DNA of 64,000 nt from Eledone cirrhosa (Eukaryota): the NCBI GenBank assembly GCA_964016885.1, contig OZ024740.1:325872001-325936000 (forward strand), given 5' to 3'. The notes beneath the pieces were generated by a model. The model ran no database searches. It was not told where the DNA came from and saw nothing but the letters and a program-made list of their open reading frames with translations. The position numbers were made by a program, and so were the translations under genes. Below are positions 1-58,515 of the stretch, one piece after another (position 1 is the first letter of the stretch; each line of letters begins with the position of its first letter).

Positions 1-27
1 TACCAAATCATATTGGAAGATTTTAAT

Positions 28-248
28 TTAACCTTGTCATGATCATATTTCTAATTAATTGATGAAGAAGGTGAGGGGATTTACTAAAATTATTAACTAT
101 TTCATTATTAAGATAGTAACTTAACATATGGTTCTTATATAAAATTATGTTGGAAGATTTTAATATAAATAGGGACCTATTAAAATGGGTAGTTTTGTTT
201 CATATAATCAGAGTTGGTTTTGGCAGAGTTAGTTATCAAAAAGGTTAA
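28..248. mobile_element. AT-rich MITE-like repeat with TTAA-type ends; related copies at ~21810-22571, ~22955-23100 and ~56187-56392
   Basis: Shared internal sequence (gatcatatttctaat...aaattatgttggaagattttaat...ggttttggc) bounded by ttaacc...ggttaa. Confidence 0.55.
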
Positions 249-299
249 TGAAATGAATACAGTATGAAGATGTTTTCTTTTTTGATTAATCTGAGGAAA

Positions 300-345
<46 letters not shown>

Positions 346-374
346 TGTGTTTATGTGTGAATGCATGTATATAT

Positions 375-418
<44 letters not shown>

Positions 419-492
419 ATGGAGGTGGTAAAAACAAATTAGACCATTACTCACAAGAAGACTCGATACTTGGTGTAGTAGAGTGGATAATA

Positions 493-597
493 TGAAAAAA
501 TTCAGGACCCCGACAGCTGAGCTTTCAGCTGTTTCAACAGCTAGAGCTAGCTGCTGAAACGACCAGAGCTCAGCCATCAGGGTCCTGAATTTTTTCA
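493..597. repeat. ~105-bp imperfect palindrome in the intron after exon 9
   Basis: tgaaaaaattcaggaccc...cagctag / ctagctg...gggtcctgaattttttca. Confidence 0.85.
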
Positions 598-770
598 CAC
601 ACATATATGTATATATATATATATGCACATGTTTATGTGTATGCATATATGTTTGTGTGTTGCAACATTAATCAGAGTGGTCCCTCATTAATACATAGAT
701 CTGAAAACAGAAGGTTAATCCAATGACTATCACAATGTCTGATATAATGTAATGTTACATAGAATATTAC

Positions 771-45571
<44,801 letters not shown>

Positions 45572-45695
45572 GGGTAGATTAATAGATTCATATGACAGGG
45601 GTTCTGGGTGGTGGTGTTATCTATTTATGTTTAGATGTGTGTGTCGTAGGTAAATCCACTTATACATACATATATATATATATATATACACATAC

Positions 45696-45733
<38 letters not shown>

Positions 45734-46699
45734 GTGTATATATATATATATGTGTATATATATATATATATAGTCAAACAGCTTCTGGGCACGTTAGTTA
45801 TCTCTTTGTTATAATTGTCAATGTATGAAACAGAGATTATCCTGTAATTAAAAATAACAGAACTATCTTTTTTTTTGTCACCTTATGCCCTGAAATAAGG
45901 GACTGTTTCTTTCGGCTCAGTTCTTTCTTTGTTTGTCTTAGATATTATTAGGTGAAGAAGGTAACAAAAGTATTCTGTCTGCCTTAGCTGTTATATGAAG
46001 CCAAAGTACTCCACGCTTATGTCGACATCAGCAGTTCTTTATGCCGGTCGGTTAAACAAGGCACCCTGATAAGAAAGAGTTAAAGCGTGTGTGTAGATAT
46101 GGGGTATGGGATGGAGCGAACTGCTAAAGGCAGGCGTAAATAATTGTTTCTTGGGCGGGAAGGAAGAAAAAAAATGTTCCGTGAATAAGACTTAGACGAA
46201 GGTTTAATGCTTATACCGAAACATGGTAGTGCCTGGTGTAAAATAGTCTTGCATAAAGAAGTTGAATTAGCTTAACTCCCAGAAGAAGAATTTACCCAAG
46301 TCGGAGAAAGCTGACCTCAACACCCACCGACTCTGTAATATCTCAACATTAACAACGAAAACTTCTGTAGGGTTTACGACATGATTTCTTTTAATTTAGC
46401 TAAAGTCAAATCTATACGTACGTGTGTAGATATATTTATGAACGTATAAATGGAATCGGCGAAACTCAGAATAGCAATAGAGAGTAATCTCTGTAATATT
46501 ATAAGTATATATTCTCTACTTTGGTAGTAAGCACTTTCTCTTCGATTTAGTAAACCTAAACGTATGAATATGTGTATGTGTTCAAAACACGGCTGTGCTC
46601 CAGTTTGGTCATTTTTATTAAGTACTTTTTCGTTTTTTTTTTATTTATTTGTTCTTTGTGCCTAGTTTGAAATAGAGGCATTCCTAAATCCATGGGTAT

Positions 46700-46738
46700 A
46701 TTAATGTTTCGAAACCTTCGTGGCTTCATCTTCAGAAT
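46700..46738 (-). ncRNA. Minimal Penelope-type hammerhead motif
   Basis: AUU-CUGAAGA-UGAAGCC(ACGA)AGGUUUC-GAAACAUU^AAU. Confidence 0.6.
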
Positions 46739-47236
46739 GATAATACTAGTGGTTACAGCCTTAGCTGTGGTCGTAAAATATCATGGTGTAAGTAGGAAAT
46801 CAGGGGCGCTTGTTTAAACATTTTCTCAGCGATCACAGCATGGCAATTGTTGTAATTGGCTTCACGTATGCTGTATCTGTGTGTTAATTCTTGGTGTATG
46901 TTCTGATATTAGTAAAGCCTCCATAATCATTTTCTTGTGTGGGATTTTATATAGAATTATAGTGTTATCGACTAATATAGTCCGATCAAATCTTTTGGCA
47001 TGTACTGTAAGGAAATGTGTTTGCGATGGCGCCTTGTTGTAAGTGCATAGTTAACTGATGGGGAAGTGCCGTGCTTGTGTGATCGATGTAAAAGTCTTGT
47101 TCATGAAGTTCACAACTTTCATGTTTACATTTAAATTTATATATCACATTAATCATTTGCAGTGGCTGCAGTTTACCAATCAGTGGTTTCGTGTTGGTGA
47201 GGAAGTTGTTTTTTTTATTTTGGTATTTTTGTAGTA

Positions 47237-47664
47237 TACAGTGTACCCTCGGCATTCGCGGTCCCGGTTATTCGCTGAATTTTTTTTAGAACCTAACTAA
47301 TAATTATTCATGGAAGCCATCGCATATTCGCGGAATCGTAAGTATCTTCCGCGATTTGGCATGTACTGTAAGGAAATGTGTTTGCGATGGCGCCTTGTAA
47401 GTGCATAGTTAACTGATGGGGAAGTGCCGTGCTTGTGTGATGGCTTTTTTCGTGACAATATATATTTTTTCACGCTTTTTAACACTAAATTATTCATCAG
47501 AATATACCGTATTTGCCCGCCTATATTTTACGTTATGTTTTGACGTTTATAGGCATTTTTATGGACCACGTCCAATATTCACAGGTTTTCACTTTTCGCG
47601 GGTTTTCACTCTTCGCGGGTGGTCTAGGAACGTAGCTCCCGCGAATACAGGGGGGCAACTGTAT
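47237..47664. mobile_element. Tc1/pogo-type MITE inserted at TA inside the Penelope remnant
   Basis: ta|cagtgtaccctcggcattcgcgg ... ccgcgaatacagggggcaactg|ta. Confidence 0.75.
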
Positions 47665-47980
47665 TCTACTTTATGCCTTTGTAGTTGGGGACGATGTATG
47701 TTGTGTTTTGTTTTATGGGATTTTTAAGGACGTGTTCATCCATTCTATAACCGAGGTGTATTTGGTTTTTGTGGTATATGAAACGTTTGGTTTGTGTAAT
47801 TTTTCTTGGTACTACTTCTGTTGTATCAGTGTGACGAAAGGAAGATTTACAAAAGGAAATTTAGCATTTAAAGCAAACATTAGTTAATAACGGGTATCAC
47901 ACCACAGTAATAGACCATGTTAAAGAACAATATAAGAACACATTTAAAAGAACACATTAAAAAAGGCTCCAGTGGCCCGT

Positions 47981-50575
47981 TCACATGAAAACAGTTTGGC
48001 AGAGTTTTTTGGGCCAGTGGACTCTTCGACCGGAACGGGTCGTGGTCTTGTATGTAGGTGAAGGTGGGGCAGAAGGAGCAGGTGTATGCACAAGAGAGAA
48101 AGATTGGGGTATTTGTGGCTCGGGTGTAATAGCGTCATTGTATGCCCTTTTTAGTCTATCCACCGAAATTGTCTCTCTGGACCCCTTAATGTCTACTGTG
48201 AAATGTTTGTCAGTGCATGATAACACACGGTAGGGTCCAGAGTACGGCTGTGTGAGGGGTAGAGTAACGGCGTCGTTTCTGACGAATACATGTGTCCACG
48301 AGGCAATATCTCTCGGGACTGCAGCTTTAATAGTTTGTTTCCTAGTATTCATGGTTAGTAAGTCCTGAAAATAGGAGCGCAAACGAGATACGGAGGAAAC
48401 AGAGTCCTGGAAAGCAAGATCAACAGGGGCAAGCATTTGTCCAGGCAACGCTAGAGGAGCACCATACAGTAATTCGGCCGGGGAGAACCCAAGGTCCTCC
48501 TTTATTGGTGACCGAATTCCTAACAACACAATAGGAAGGTACCCGCTCCAACGTTGAGAGTCTGGATAGGCGCGAAGAGCGGCCTTTAATTGGCGGTGGA
48601 ATCGTTCCACCATTCCGTTTGAAGTAGGATGATAGGCTGTGGTCCGAATCCGTTGAGCACCAATGATCTTTGTCAGCTCAGAGAAAAGATGAGACTCAAA
48701 TTGTCTACCACGGTCTGTAGTGACTGTAGTTGGTACCCCAAAGCGGGTAACCCACCCTGATACCAGGGCACGTGCTACAGTCTCAGCAGTAATATCTTTT
48801 AAGGGGATGGCTTCAGGCCATCGCGAAAAACGATCGATACAGGTCAAGAGGTACGAATAACCACTACTGAATGGCCAAGGTCCAACGATATCAATGTGGA
48901 TGTGTTGAAACCGAGCATCTGGAGTACTGAAAGTACTAAGTGGAGTCCGGATGTGTCTGTGGACTTTAGATCTTTGAAACTGTGTGCAGGAACGGCACCA
49001 GACAGTAATTTCTCGCCTCATATCGGGCCAGAAAAATCTAGCCGTTATAAGCTTTACTGTGGCAGATATTCCTGGGGGAGAAATGCTGTGCAAAGCAAGG
49101 AACACAATTCGACGGTGAGTCTCAGGAACAAATGGTCGTGGTGAATCCGTAGATACATCACATAGAATCTGCCTGTCGGTGGTCGACAAGGGCAGATATT
49201 TGAAGATGCAAGTCGCAAACTCAGCAGAAAGAATATCCAACGATTGGAGTGCAGGTTGGTCTGCAGCTAAACGACTTAAGTCGATCTCCTGGGATGACGA
49301 GATGGAGCTGATTGGCAAACGTGACAATGCGTCTGCAGCTATGTTAAGCGAGCCAGCAATGTGCTGGATATCACTTGTAAATTGCGAAACGTAATCCAGG
49401 TGCCTTGTCTCTCTGGGCGAATATCTGTCGGCTTTGGCCCTCAAAGCGAAGGTCAGAGGTTTGTGGTCAGTTAAAACAGTAAAATTTCTCCCCTCAAGAA
49501 TATGAGAGAAATGTTCCACCGACAGATATATGGCTAATAATTCCCGCCTAAACGTGCTGTAACGCGTTTCTGCTGGTTTCAGCTTCCTTGAGAAAAATTC
49601 CAAAGGTTGTTGGTTTCCATCGTTGTACTGCTGTAAAACTTCTCCCACAGCGGTATCAGATGCATCAACACAAAGCGAAAGCTTGGCCTCTGCTACCGGG
49701 TGGGCTAGCAAAGATGAACTAGCGAGTGCTGTCTTGGCAGTCTGGAAGTTTTGAAGCTGTCCTTGTGTCAAGGAAATATCCTCATTCTTCTTACGACGAT
49801 TTTTCAAAATGTCAGTAAGGGAAGATAGCAAATTATCACAATGAGGAACGAAACGCCTATAGAAATTGATTAGGCCTAAGAAATGACGCAACTGGTGAAG
49901 TGTAGTAGGCGGAGGTAAATCCTGTATGGCTTGAACTCGCTGAGGGAGCGGCCTAATACCTTCGGCGTCGATAAGGTGGCCTAAAAGATTTAGCGAAGTG
50001 GAACCGAAAACACACTTTGCGGGATTCACACGAACGCGGTAATCCTGAAGTCGCCGAAATAAGAGATGCATGTGGTGCATATGCTCTTCCGGAGAGGAAC
50101 TAGCGACGAGAAGATCGTCTATGTATGCTTAAACGAAGTCCAGACCACGAGTGACTTCGTCTGTGAACCGCTGAAAAGTGCTAGCGGCGTTCCTGAGTCC
50201 GAAAGGCATGGTCAAAACTTCGAAGGATCCGAAAGGAGTTGTGATCGCCGTTTTCGGAATATCCTCCTTCCTGACCGGAATTTGGTGGTAAGCTCGCACT
50301 AAATCTAGTTTTGAAAAAATCTTACACCCTGCAATGAAGATGCGAAATCCTGGAGATGGGGGATGGGATACCTATCCGGGACGGTCATAGCATTTAACCA
50401 CCTATAATCCCCAGTGGGTCTCCAGTCGCCGGAAGTCTTGGGCACCATGTGTAACGGTGAAGCCCAAGGACTCGTAGATGGGCGAATAATGCCCAGCTGC
50501 AGCATATGGTCGAACTCGGACTGTACTGCCTTTAATTTGTCCGCCGGTAAGCGAAAAAGGATTCCGCATTTGAAA
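47981..50575 (-). mobile_element. Gypsy/Ty3 LTR retrotransposon pol remnant (RT, RNase H, integrase) with a stop and frameshift in RT; no LTRs seen
   Basis: [76 protein letters not shown]. Confidence 0.95.
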
Positions 50576-51105
50576 AAGTTTGGGAAACCCTGCTCTAACC
50601 ACTAGGTCACGAGCCTTCACCTCCATACATATTTACCCAACCCCAAGCAATATTTCCTATTGCAGTTGTCATTCAATTATAACTGAGTTCGCACCATTAC
50701 TGGTCTTATCCCATCTCTTGCAAGAACAGTCTGTCTTATTTTTCTCCCTTCCCCATGTTTTGTGTTTGTTATTTTCTTGTCTGACCCAGTTTTACGTGAC
50801 ATGGGTTTTATTTCTTTATTTTTTAATGACCTAGTTTTGTTGAACTACTGCTTAATGGGAATGCGGTTAGGTTAAAGCGGTGTGTATGGATGGGAGAGGA
50901 GTGAGAGAGAGAGAGATAAGGTCCACACAGTTCTGTCAATTGAGGAGTGAGGGAGAGATAAGACGAAGAAACAAAATTTGCATTTTAACTCTTCGTTTAT
51001 AATCCTCAAGACTCGTTGTCAGAAGTTATATGCAAATCGTACTAGCATTATTTAAAATCTTTTTTAATTTGAAATGTCGTCGTCCCAATACAGATAATAA
51101 TAATT

Positions 51106-51716
51106 TTATAGAACACCCCACCTCGATTTCATTGGAAAACAACTATTTTTCCTTTTTTTTGTTGTTCTTTTTTTTTTCATGTGCCATCAACTAATCTAAC
51201 CTCCAATATTCTGGTAATCATCCCCGAGAATGGAGGGGGTGGGGTAGGATCCCTACGATTTCCTTTTTTGTGTGTTATTAACGATAAGACCTCCAGACCA
51301 GCCGGAAACGACTAGATTTGTAGAAAAAAAGAGGAGGGGTGAAAGGGGGCGAAAAGACCAATGGAGTTTCGCAGATCTACACACCTCGCGTTTGGTGGAA
51401 AATAATTATCTTTCCTTGTTTATTTTTTTCTGGATCTCTTAGATGCTTGAAATCGACCTTTTCCCTAGAAAACAGAAACCCTAAACCAAAACCTAACCCT
51501 AAAACTAACCCTAAACCTAACCCTAATCCTGTAAAAAAGTCTAACACGCGAAAAAAATCGTAGGGAAAACTCTGAGGGGGAGAAACCCACCCTAACTTCT
51601 CCGTTTTCCGGGGGAAAATTGATTGCCAGCATCTTGGAGGTTAGATTAGTTGATGGCACGAAAAAAAAAAAAAAGAGCGAAAACATTTTCCCCCGCTGAA
51701 ATCGGGGTTCTATAAT
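51106..51716. mobile_element. ~610-bp MITE with internal (CCTAAC)-like repeats
   Basis: Imperfect TIRs ttatagaacacccc / ggggttctataa; internal match to 37374-37997 plus 41001-41090. Confidence 0.75.
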
Positions 51717-51719
51717 AAT

Positions 51720-52116
51720 TGTTTCTACTTTTGGCACAAGGCCAGCAATTATTCCAGTACATTACTGGTACTTTATTTTATCGACCCCGTAAGGATGAAA
51801 GGCAAAGTTAACCTCTGCGGGATTTGAACTCAAACCATAAAGGGTCGTAACTCTATGCTGCAAAGCATGTTGTCCGACCCTCTACCGATACTGCCAATCC
51901 TCCGCCCTTTCAATCCGCCGCCCTTAAAATTTCTACTTTTGGCACAAGGCCAGCAGTTACCCCAGCGCATTACTGGTGCTTTATTTTATCGACCCCGTAA
52001 GGATGAAAGGCAAAATTAACCTCGGCGGGATTTGAACTCAGACGATAAAGGGCCGTAACTCTGTGCTGCAAAGCATGTTGTCTGACACTCTACCAATATT
52101 GCCAAACCACTGCCCA
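51720..52116 (-). mobile_element. Two tandem tRNA-derived SINEs with a Meta-like central domain; single copy at 60738-60917
   Basis: Reverse complement carries gagttcaaatcccgccgagg and gcctttcatccttacggggtcgataaaataaagtaccag. Confidence 0.85.
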
Positions 52117-54702
52117 ATACCTATCTAATCTATCTAAAGTCTCTGCCTCAAGCCAGGAGGCTAATCAGGCCGGTGCTTATCTCGGTTCCGTGGCGTGAAG
52201 CGACTGAGAGTACAAGACTTCTCCTGGACAGGACGCCCGTCCATCACATGGTTAAGCCCCCAGCTATTGCTGGTATTCATTTTCAGCTGGATTTTCATAC
52301 TGGAGCAACGTGAAATGAAGTGTTTTGCTCAAGAACACAACATAGTCCAGGAAACGAACCCACGATATTACGATCGTAAGTCCAACACTATTACTTACCA
52401 CTAGGCCACGTACCTCCACAATATAATAATACCTAGATAATTATAATAATAAGGCGCCACTGTTCATTTTATTCCGTCTACAGGGTACTTTACCCAATTT
52501 TATCAACTATCAATTAGAGTGAGCGACTATTATTATAGTCATCTGCGTTTGGACGACTACATTTAAAATAAAACATTTTCCAAATGCTTAAGTCTACCAA
52601 ATGTTTTACTTTTGAATTTTTCATCAAATGAAGGTGTATGGCTTATTGGTTAGGTTGCTGGGCTCACGATTATAAGGTCATCAGTTGGATTTTCGTACTG
52701 GGCACAAAGCATGTCCGACTGAGTGTTACTTCTATCCACGCAGCTGGGGGGGGGGGGGGGGGGGAATGAGTTACTACAACACTGGTATCAAGCTGTATCG
52801 GCCTTTGCCTTTCTCTTGGATAACACCAGTGGCATGGGAAGAGGATAGAGGCATGCATGGGCGATTGGTTGTCTTCCTCAAAAATACCTTACCCAAGCCT
52901 GTATCTCGGAGAGACAAACTCACGGTCAGTCAATTATGACCGATGTAGACCCTTTCCTTTCGCCAAATCTCATGGTCGTTTTTTTTTTTTTTTTTTTTTT
53001 TTTTTTTGAAAGTGTGTCGATCTTTCGTTTTGGGTAGACGTCTTTCTTGTAAAACTTTGAAATTTTTTTTTTTGTGAGGTCAGCTATTACATGGATACTA
53101 CTCAATGGATTGAAATCCAATCCACAATCCCAACATATCATTAAACAGATGCATAAATGGACTCTAAATGAATAAAAGTAAAACAATGAATTACAGTAAT
53201 CAAAACATTTCATGATACCAAACTACATAAACATGGCCACGTAGCTCTTATATATATTTCTACTTGCGTACATCAGGACATAATAGTGTAGAAATATTTA
53301 TTTCCTCATCGTAACATTTATGTTCAGGATAATACTTAGATTCTCAAGTGTTGATCTGTTGTCTGTGTAGAACCAGGGTCGACTTTCATGAGATACGTGA
53401 GAAAATCTTAATTTTGGGGTCAATTTTTATATGAGGTCAAGTTTAAAACGTGTGTATACTATAAATATAAGCATCAGGACACATAGCAAATAATTTTAAA
53501 AACATTTTACGTTTTATGTTGCATTTTTTATTTATTAAACCACAAGGAAGGTTCAGTTGAAGAAGAAAAAACACTATGACAATAGCTCTATGATTCAGAA
53601 ACCGAGGAGTTTTCTGAACATCAAATACTTTATCATGTGTTACAACAATTTCCAATAGACTGGCTTAACGGACAGAAGAAATAATTGTCTAAAAGTAAAT
53701 TGAAGTCAGTCAGTAGCAGAAATTTCTGTTTGGTAACAATTATAAAAGAGCAATATTAACTTTAATAAGAGTTATAAACTATAAGATATATTTGTATCTC
53801 AGCTGTTCTGCAAATAATGCGACAGCACTCTATATTTGACGGTACAGCAAGAGTAGCTTCCCTTGAAGAAATTATTTCCCTTATACACATTTTTATTTTC
53901 TTATAACGTGCTATGTAGGACCACCGTCGGTTCTGAAATTAACGTACAAGTGGTTGATCATTCCACAAACACGTGGACCTTTAGCGTAGTTCTCATGGAG
54001 ATTCAGCGTGACTCAGTGTTGGAGAAGATTGACCTCTTTCTTGTATTGTAGTGTAAGTAGATGAGTATTACACAGATACATGTACACTTAACGGAATTCT
54101 CGGGGAGATTCAGCGCGACTCAGCTTATGGGCACAGCTGATTTTTTAGTAGATTGGTGTAATGGGAAATGAAATGTCTTGCTCAAAGACACAACGCACTA
54201 CCATGACCGGGTGCATTTTATCAAGGCAAGGAGCACTACCCATTTATAGAATATATTGTGTAATTTATCGTGACATAAGCACTAACACTTTATAGATTAG
54301 ACTGGGTGTATTTTATCGTGGAACCAAAATTATCACTTCACATTGTGTAATATGTGTTTTATAATGGTACCAACACTACCACTTTGCAGGGTGTATTTTA
54401 TCGTAAAAACAAATTCTTTGTTATATCTAATTATTCTGAATTAGCAAATATGTTTTGTATATTCTAATTTTCTTTGAATTAGATTATTTGAATATATGAT
54501 AAATCCATCGATCTACAGTTGGTGTTCATCGATCTGCTGGTGAATGTTCTGTTTGAACAATTCATTAAAATAACATGTAAGTGGGTGAGTATTCCCCAGA
54601 TATATGTAGTCTTAACGTAATTCCCAAACCAAATCAGTGTAATACAATGTGTGGCAAGGTTGGGCCTTTGAATTACAGATACAATTCATCTTCTATTATA
54701 GT

Positions 54703-55545
54703 GTAAGAGGGCGATGGATTAGCAGTATCGGTGGGTTGGACACCATGCTTTGCAGCAAAGAGTTATGGCCCTTTATGATCTGAGTTCAAATCCAGCCGAG
54801 GTTAACTTTACCTTTCATCCTTACGGGGTCGATAAAATAAAGTACCAGTAATGAACTGAGTAATTGCTGGCCTTGTACCAAAAGTAGAAACAATTATAGT
54901 GTAAGAGGGCGGTGGATTGGCAGTATCGGTGGGTCGGACGCCATGCTTTGCAGCATAGAGTTACGGTCCTTTACGGTCTGAGTTTAAATCCCGCCGAGGT
55001 TAACTTTACCTTTCATCCTTATGGGGTCGATAAAATAAAGCACTAGTAACGTACTGGGATCGATTTAATCGCTTTCCCCTCCCCCAAATTACTGGCCTTG
55101 TGCCTATACTAGAAATCATTATAGTGTAAGTGGAGAGCAGTGGATTAGTAGTATCGGTAGAGCATCAGACAACGTTCTGAGTTCAAATCCCGCTGAGGTT
55201 AACTTTGCCTTTCATCCTTACGAGGTCGATAAAATAAAGCACCAGTAATGCACTGGGATCGATTTAATCGACTTTCCCTCTTCCCCAAATTGCTGGCTTT
55301 GTGCCTAAATCAGAAACCGCTATTATTCGATTGGCAGTAATCGGTCGAGCGTTAGACAACATGCTTTGTGACATAGATTTACGGCCCTTTACGTTCTGAG
55401 TTCAAATCTCGTCGAGGTTAGCTTTCCCTTTCATCTTTACGGGGTCAATAAAATAAAGCACCAGTAATGCACTGGGCGATTTAATCGACTTTCTCCCTCC
55501 CCCAAATTGTTGGCCTTGTGCCTAAATCAGAAATCGTTATAGTGT
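54703..55545 (+). mobile_element. Four head-to-tail copies of the same SINE
   Basis: Units start at ~54705, 54903, 55127 and 55325, mostly joined by attatagtgtaag. Confidence 0.88.
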
Positions 55546-56454
55546 ACTCTCGGACCCCAAATAATAGGGGGATAAGTGCGTGGGGGGGGGGTCGGTAGTT
55601 TTCTAGATGATCTCCGTTGATTTAAAAAAAAAACCCAGAACTAGTCGTTTAGTTTACATATTCAGACTCCAACCCATTCTATTTATTTTATAACGTATGG
55701 CATTTCAAGTAATGTACTTTTTGTCATTTATAATATTTTTTAATGTGTAAAGAAAATTAATTGTCGCCCGAATGCTACCACTTAAAATTAGCAAAATTAG
55801 CAAAATTTAATAAGCGGGAGTGGGGTTGGAATAAGAGCGAGGGGTATCTAACAAAATTAATAAACGAAGGGAGGGGGTTATTCATGACTCGAGAGTACGT
55901 GGCTGAGTATACTCCGACATGTGTACCCCTAATGTAATTCTCAAACCAAATTAATGGGACACAATATGTGAGAAAATTGGATCTTTGGATTACAGGTAAA
56001 ATCTATCTGATGGGCTTCTGTATAGTTTCTGTCTACCCAATTTCACACTACCATTATATTTATATACACATGTTTATATAGCTTTATTTATAGACATTAT
56101 TGGTTGAAAGAAAATTGTGGGTGAGAAGAGAATTCAAATAGGGCCCCAATTTGATGAGTGAGGGAGGAGTGAGATTGGTCAAAGTTTTTAATCCTTTCAT
56201 GATCATATTTCTAATAAAATACATTGAAGAAGTTGGAAGGGTTTACTAAAATTATTAATGCCATTACTAAAGTAGTAAATAACCATATGGTTTTTATATT
56301 AAAATTATGTTGGAAGATTTTAATTTAAATAGGGACCTTTTTAAAATGGATGGTTTTTTGCATAGAATCAGAGGCGGTTTTGGGCGGGTTAATGCCAGAT
56401 GTAGGGGTGAGACATACTAAGTAAAATAGAGAGAGAATAAATTAGTGTGTTGGG

Positions 56455-56750
56455 CTGTCTAGGGTAGGGAGGGTGTATGTGGTGTGACAGAGTAGGACCC
56501 CATAACTTCAACTACCCAGGGTGGGGAGGGTAAATGTGATGTGACAAAAAGGAAAATTCTATACCTTTCGTTGTCTAGGATAGTGGGGGTATATCTGTTG
56601 TGAGAAAGAGGATGACTCAATACCTGCAGTTTTTCAGGATGGGATGGGTATATGTGCTGTGACAGGTAATGACAATGCCTTTATCTGTCCAGCTTGGGGA
56701 CGGAAGGTATATGTTGTGTAACAAAGAGGAGAACACAATACCTGCAACTT
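56455..56750. repeat. Degenerate ~60-bp tandem repeat, about 5 units
   Basis: Recurring gggtatatgtg.tgtgaca...gagga...atacct. Confidence 0.6.
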
Positions 56751-58138
56751 GGTTTGAAAACATTACTTTTCATCTTCCACTACTCAAGAAACCAATCCAA
56801 ATAATTTAGTGAGGACTGAGAGTTTTTGTTTGTTTTTTTATTCATTACAGTTTAGTCAGGAAAGGAAGAGCAGTGCCCATGGCTCTTTTCAGATCAACTG
56901 GGGCTGTGGGGAGGTGGGAAGAAGGTATACTCAAACTTGAGACATTGCCCAAACGCTTATAACATAGTGGACTCTGCTAAAGGCACTCTAGGACCAAGTT
57001 ATCATCATCATCACCACCACCACTATCACCACCACCACCATCACCACCACCATCATCATCATCACAAAACCACCACCACCACCATCATCATCATCATTGT
57101 ATTTCCATCAGTATTTTTCCATGATTGCATGGGTTAGACAAATCCCCTCTAGTACAGCAGCTCTCTGCTTGTTTCTTACCTGTGTCATTGTATCCTCACC
57201 TTTTTGAGATGTAATTTATTGACGTCAGCTTTCACCACCTCTGTCCACGTTTTTCTTGGTCTTCCTCTTCCACAACTTCCTTCCTCTTGGAACTCTTATC
57301 ACTCCTTCACCCAACAACCATCATTCACAGGTTACATGAGTTCTCTCCACTTGTTTCTTTCATTTGTCAGCTCCTTTGTGGGATGTGGTTTCTTGAGATC
57401 AGCTTTCATTACCTCTGCCCACGTCTTTCTTGACTTTCTGTCAAGTCAGCCTCAGCAGGATTTGAACTCAGAACACAAAAATTTGAAACAAATACCACAA
57501 GGCATCTTATTCAATGTTCAAACAATTCCATTAATCCACCACCCTGTATTGGTACTTTATTGACCCCACCCCTGAAAGGATGGAAGGTAGAATTAGAAGA
57601 ATGATGGACTAAATACCTTGCAGTGTTTAATCTCTTTAACTTCTAAGTTCAAATCCCACCAAGGCTAACATTGCCTTTCATTCTTCTAGGGTTAATTAAA
57701 TCAATATACACTAGACATCCCCTCAAAATGTGTCACCCTGTGCTTCATCATCATTACCATCACCATCATTAGCAGCAGCAGCACCACAAACACATCATCA
57801 TTGCCACCACCATCACACACACACATATGTAAGAGGGGCTGCTGAAAGGTTTGAGAAATATGAGAAATTGGTTACACCAAGACCCTTTCAACACACCTTA
57901 GTATATATATATATATATATATATAGATATAATTTAGCGAGAATCGCATTTCGGCGGGTAGAAATTAACGAAACGCAACTTCAATAATGTGCAGACAAGC
58001 GCTCCATGCATATGAAGAGGACAGCAGAGCTATAAACATAAGTTAAAATGGTCATACACGCTGAAACGATGATGAAGAAACCATAGCCACCATAGCCAAA
58101 AAAGCGAACAAGCTACACGGGTCAAACAAAATGAGATA

Positions 58139-58174
<36 letters not shown>

Positions 58175-58214
58175 TATATATATATATATATATCATATAT
58201 ATATATATATATAT

Positions 58215-58283
<69 letters not shown>

Positions 58284-58298
58284 TATATATATATATAT

Positions 58299-58392
<94 letters not shown>

Positions 58393-58450
58393 CATATATA
58401 TATATATATACGATATTAATAAATGGAAACTATATTTATAAAACCATATT

Positions 58451-58515
58451 TATTTCATTATACATATTTCAGGGATACCACATTAAATTATGGTATGCCT
58501 TCATCAGACAAAATA
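58451..58515 (-). ncRNA. Identical hammerhead motif on the opposite arm
   Basis: Exact reverse complement of 59543-59607. Confidence 0.75.

Larger units (their letters stand above)
46640..47870 (-). mobile_element. Penelope-like retroelement 3' remnant: GIY-YIG endonuclease and terminal hammerhead
   Basis: NVIYKFKC...FYIDHTST.L...LTMH and MEALLISEHTPRINTQ; hammerhead at 46700-46738; a homologous 3' end lies at 60445-60735. Confidence 0.8.

Noticed and set aside
51478-51527. Telomere-like (CCTAAC/TAACCC) run; also at ~37730-37825
   Set aside because: Short, degenerate and internal to a MITE family; not an interstitial telomere.
56885-56903. ttttcagATCAACTGGG resembles the exon-6 acceptor and start (INW)
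   Set aside because: Similarity stops after about three codons and no neighbouring exons exist; chance match.
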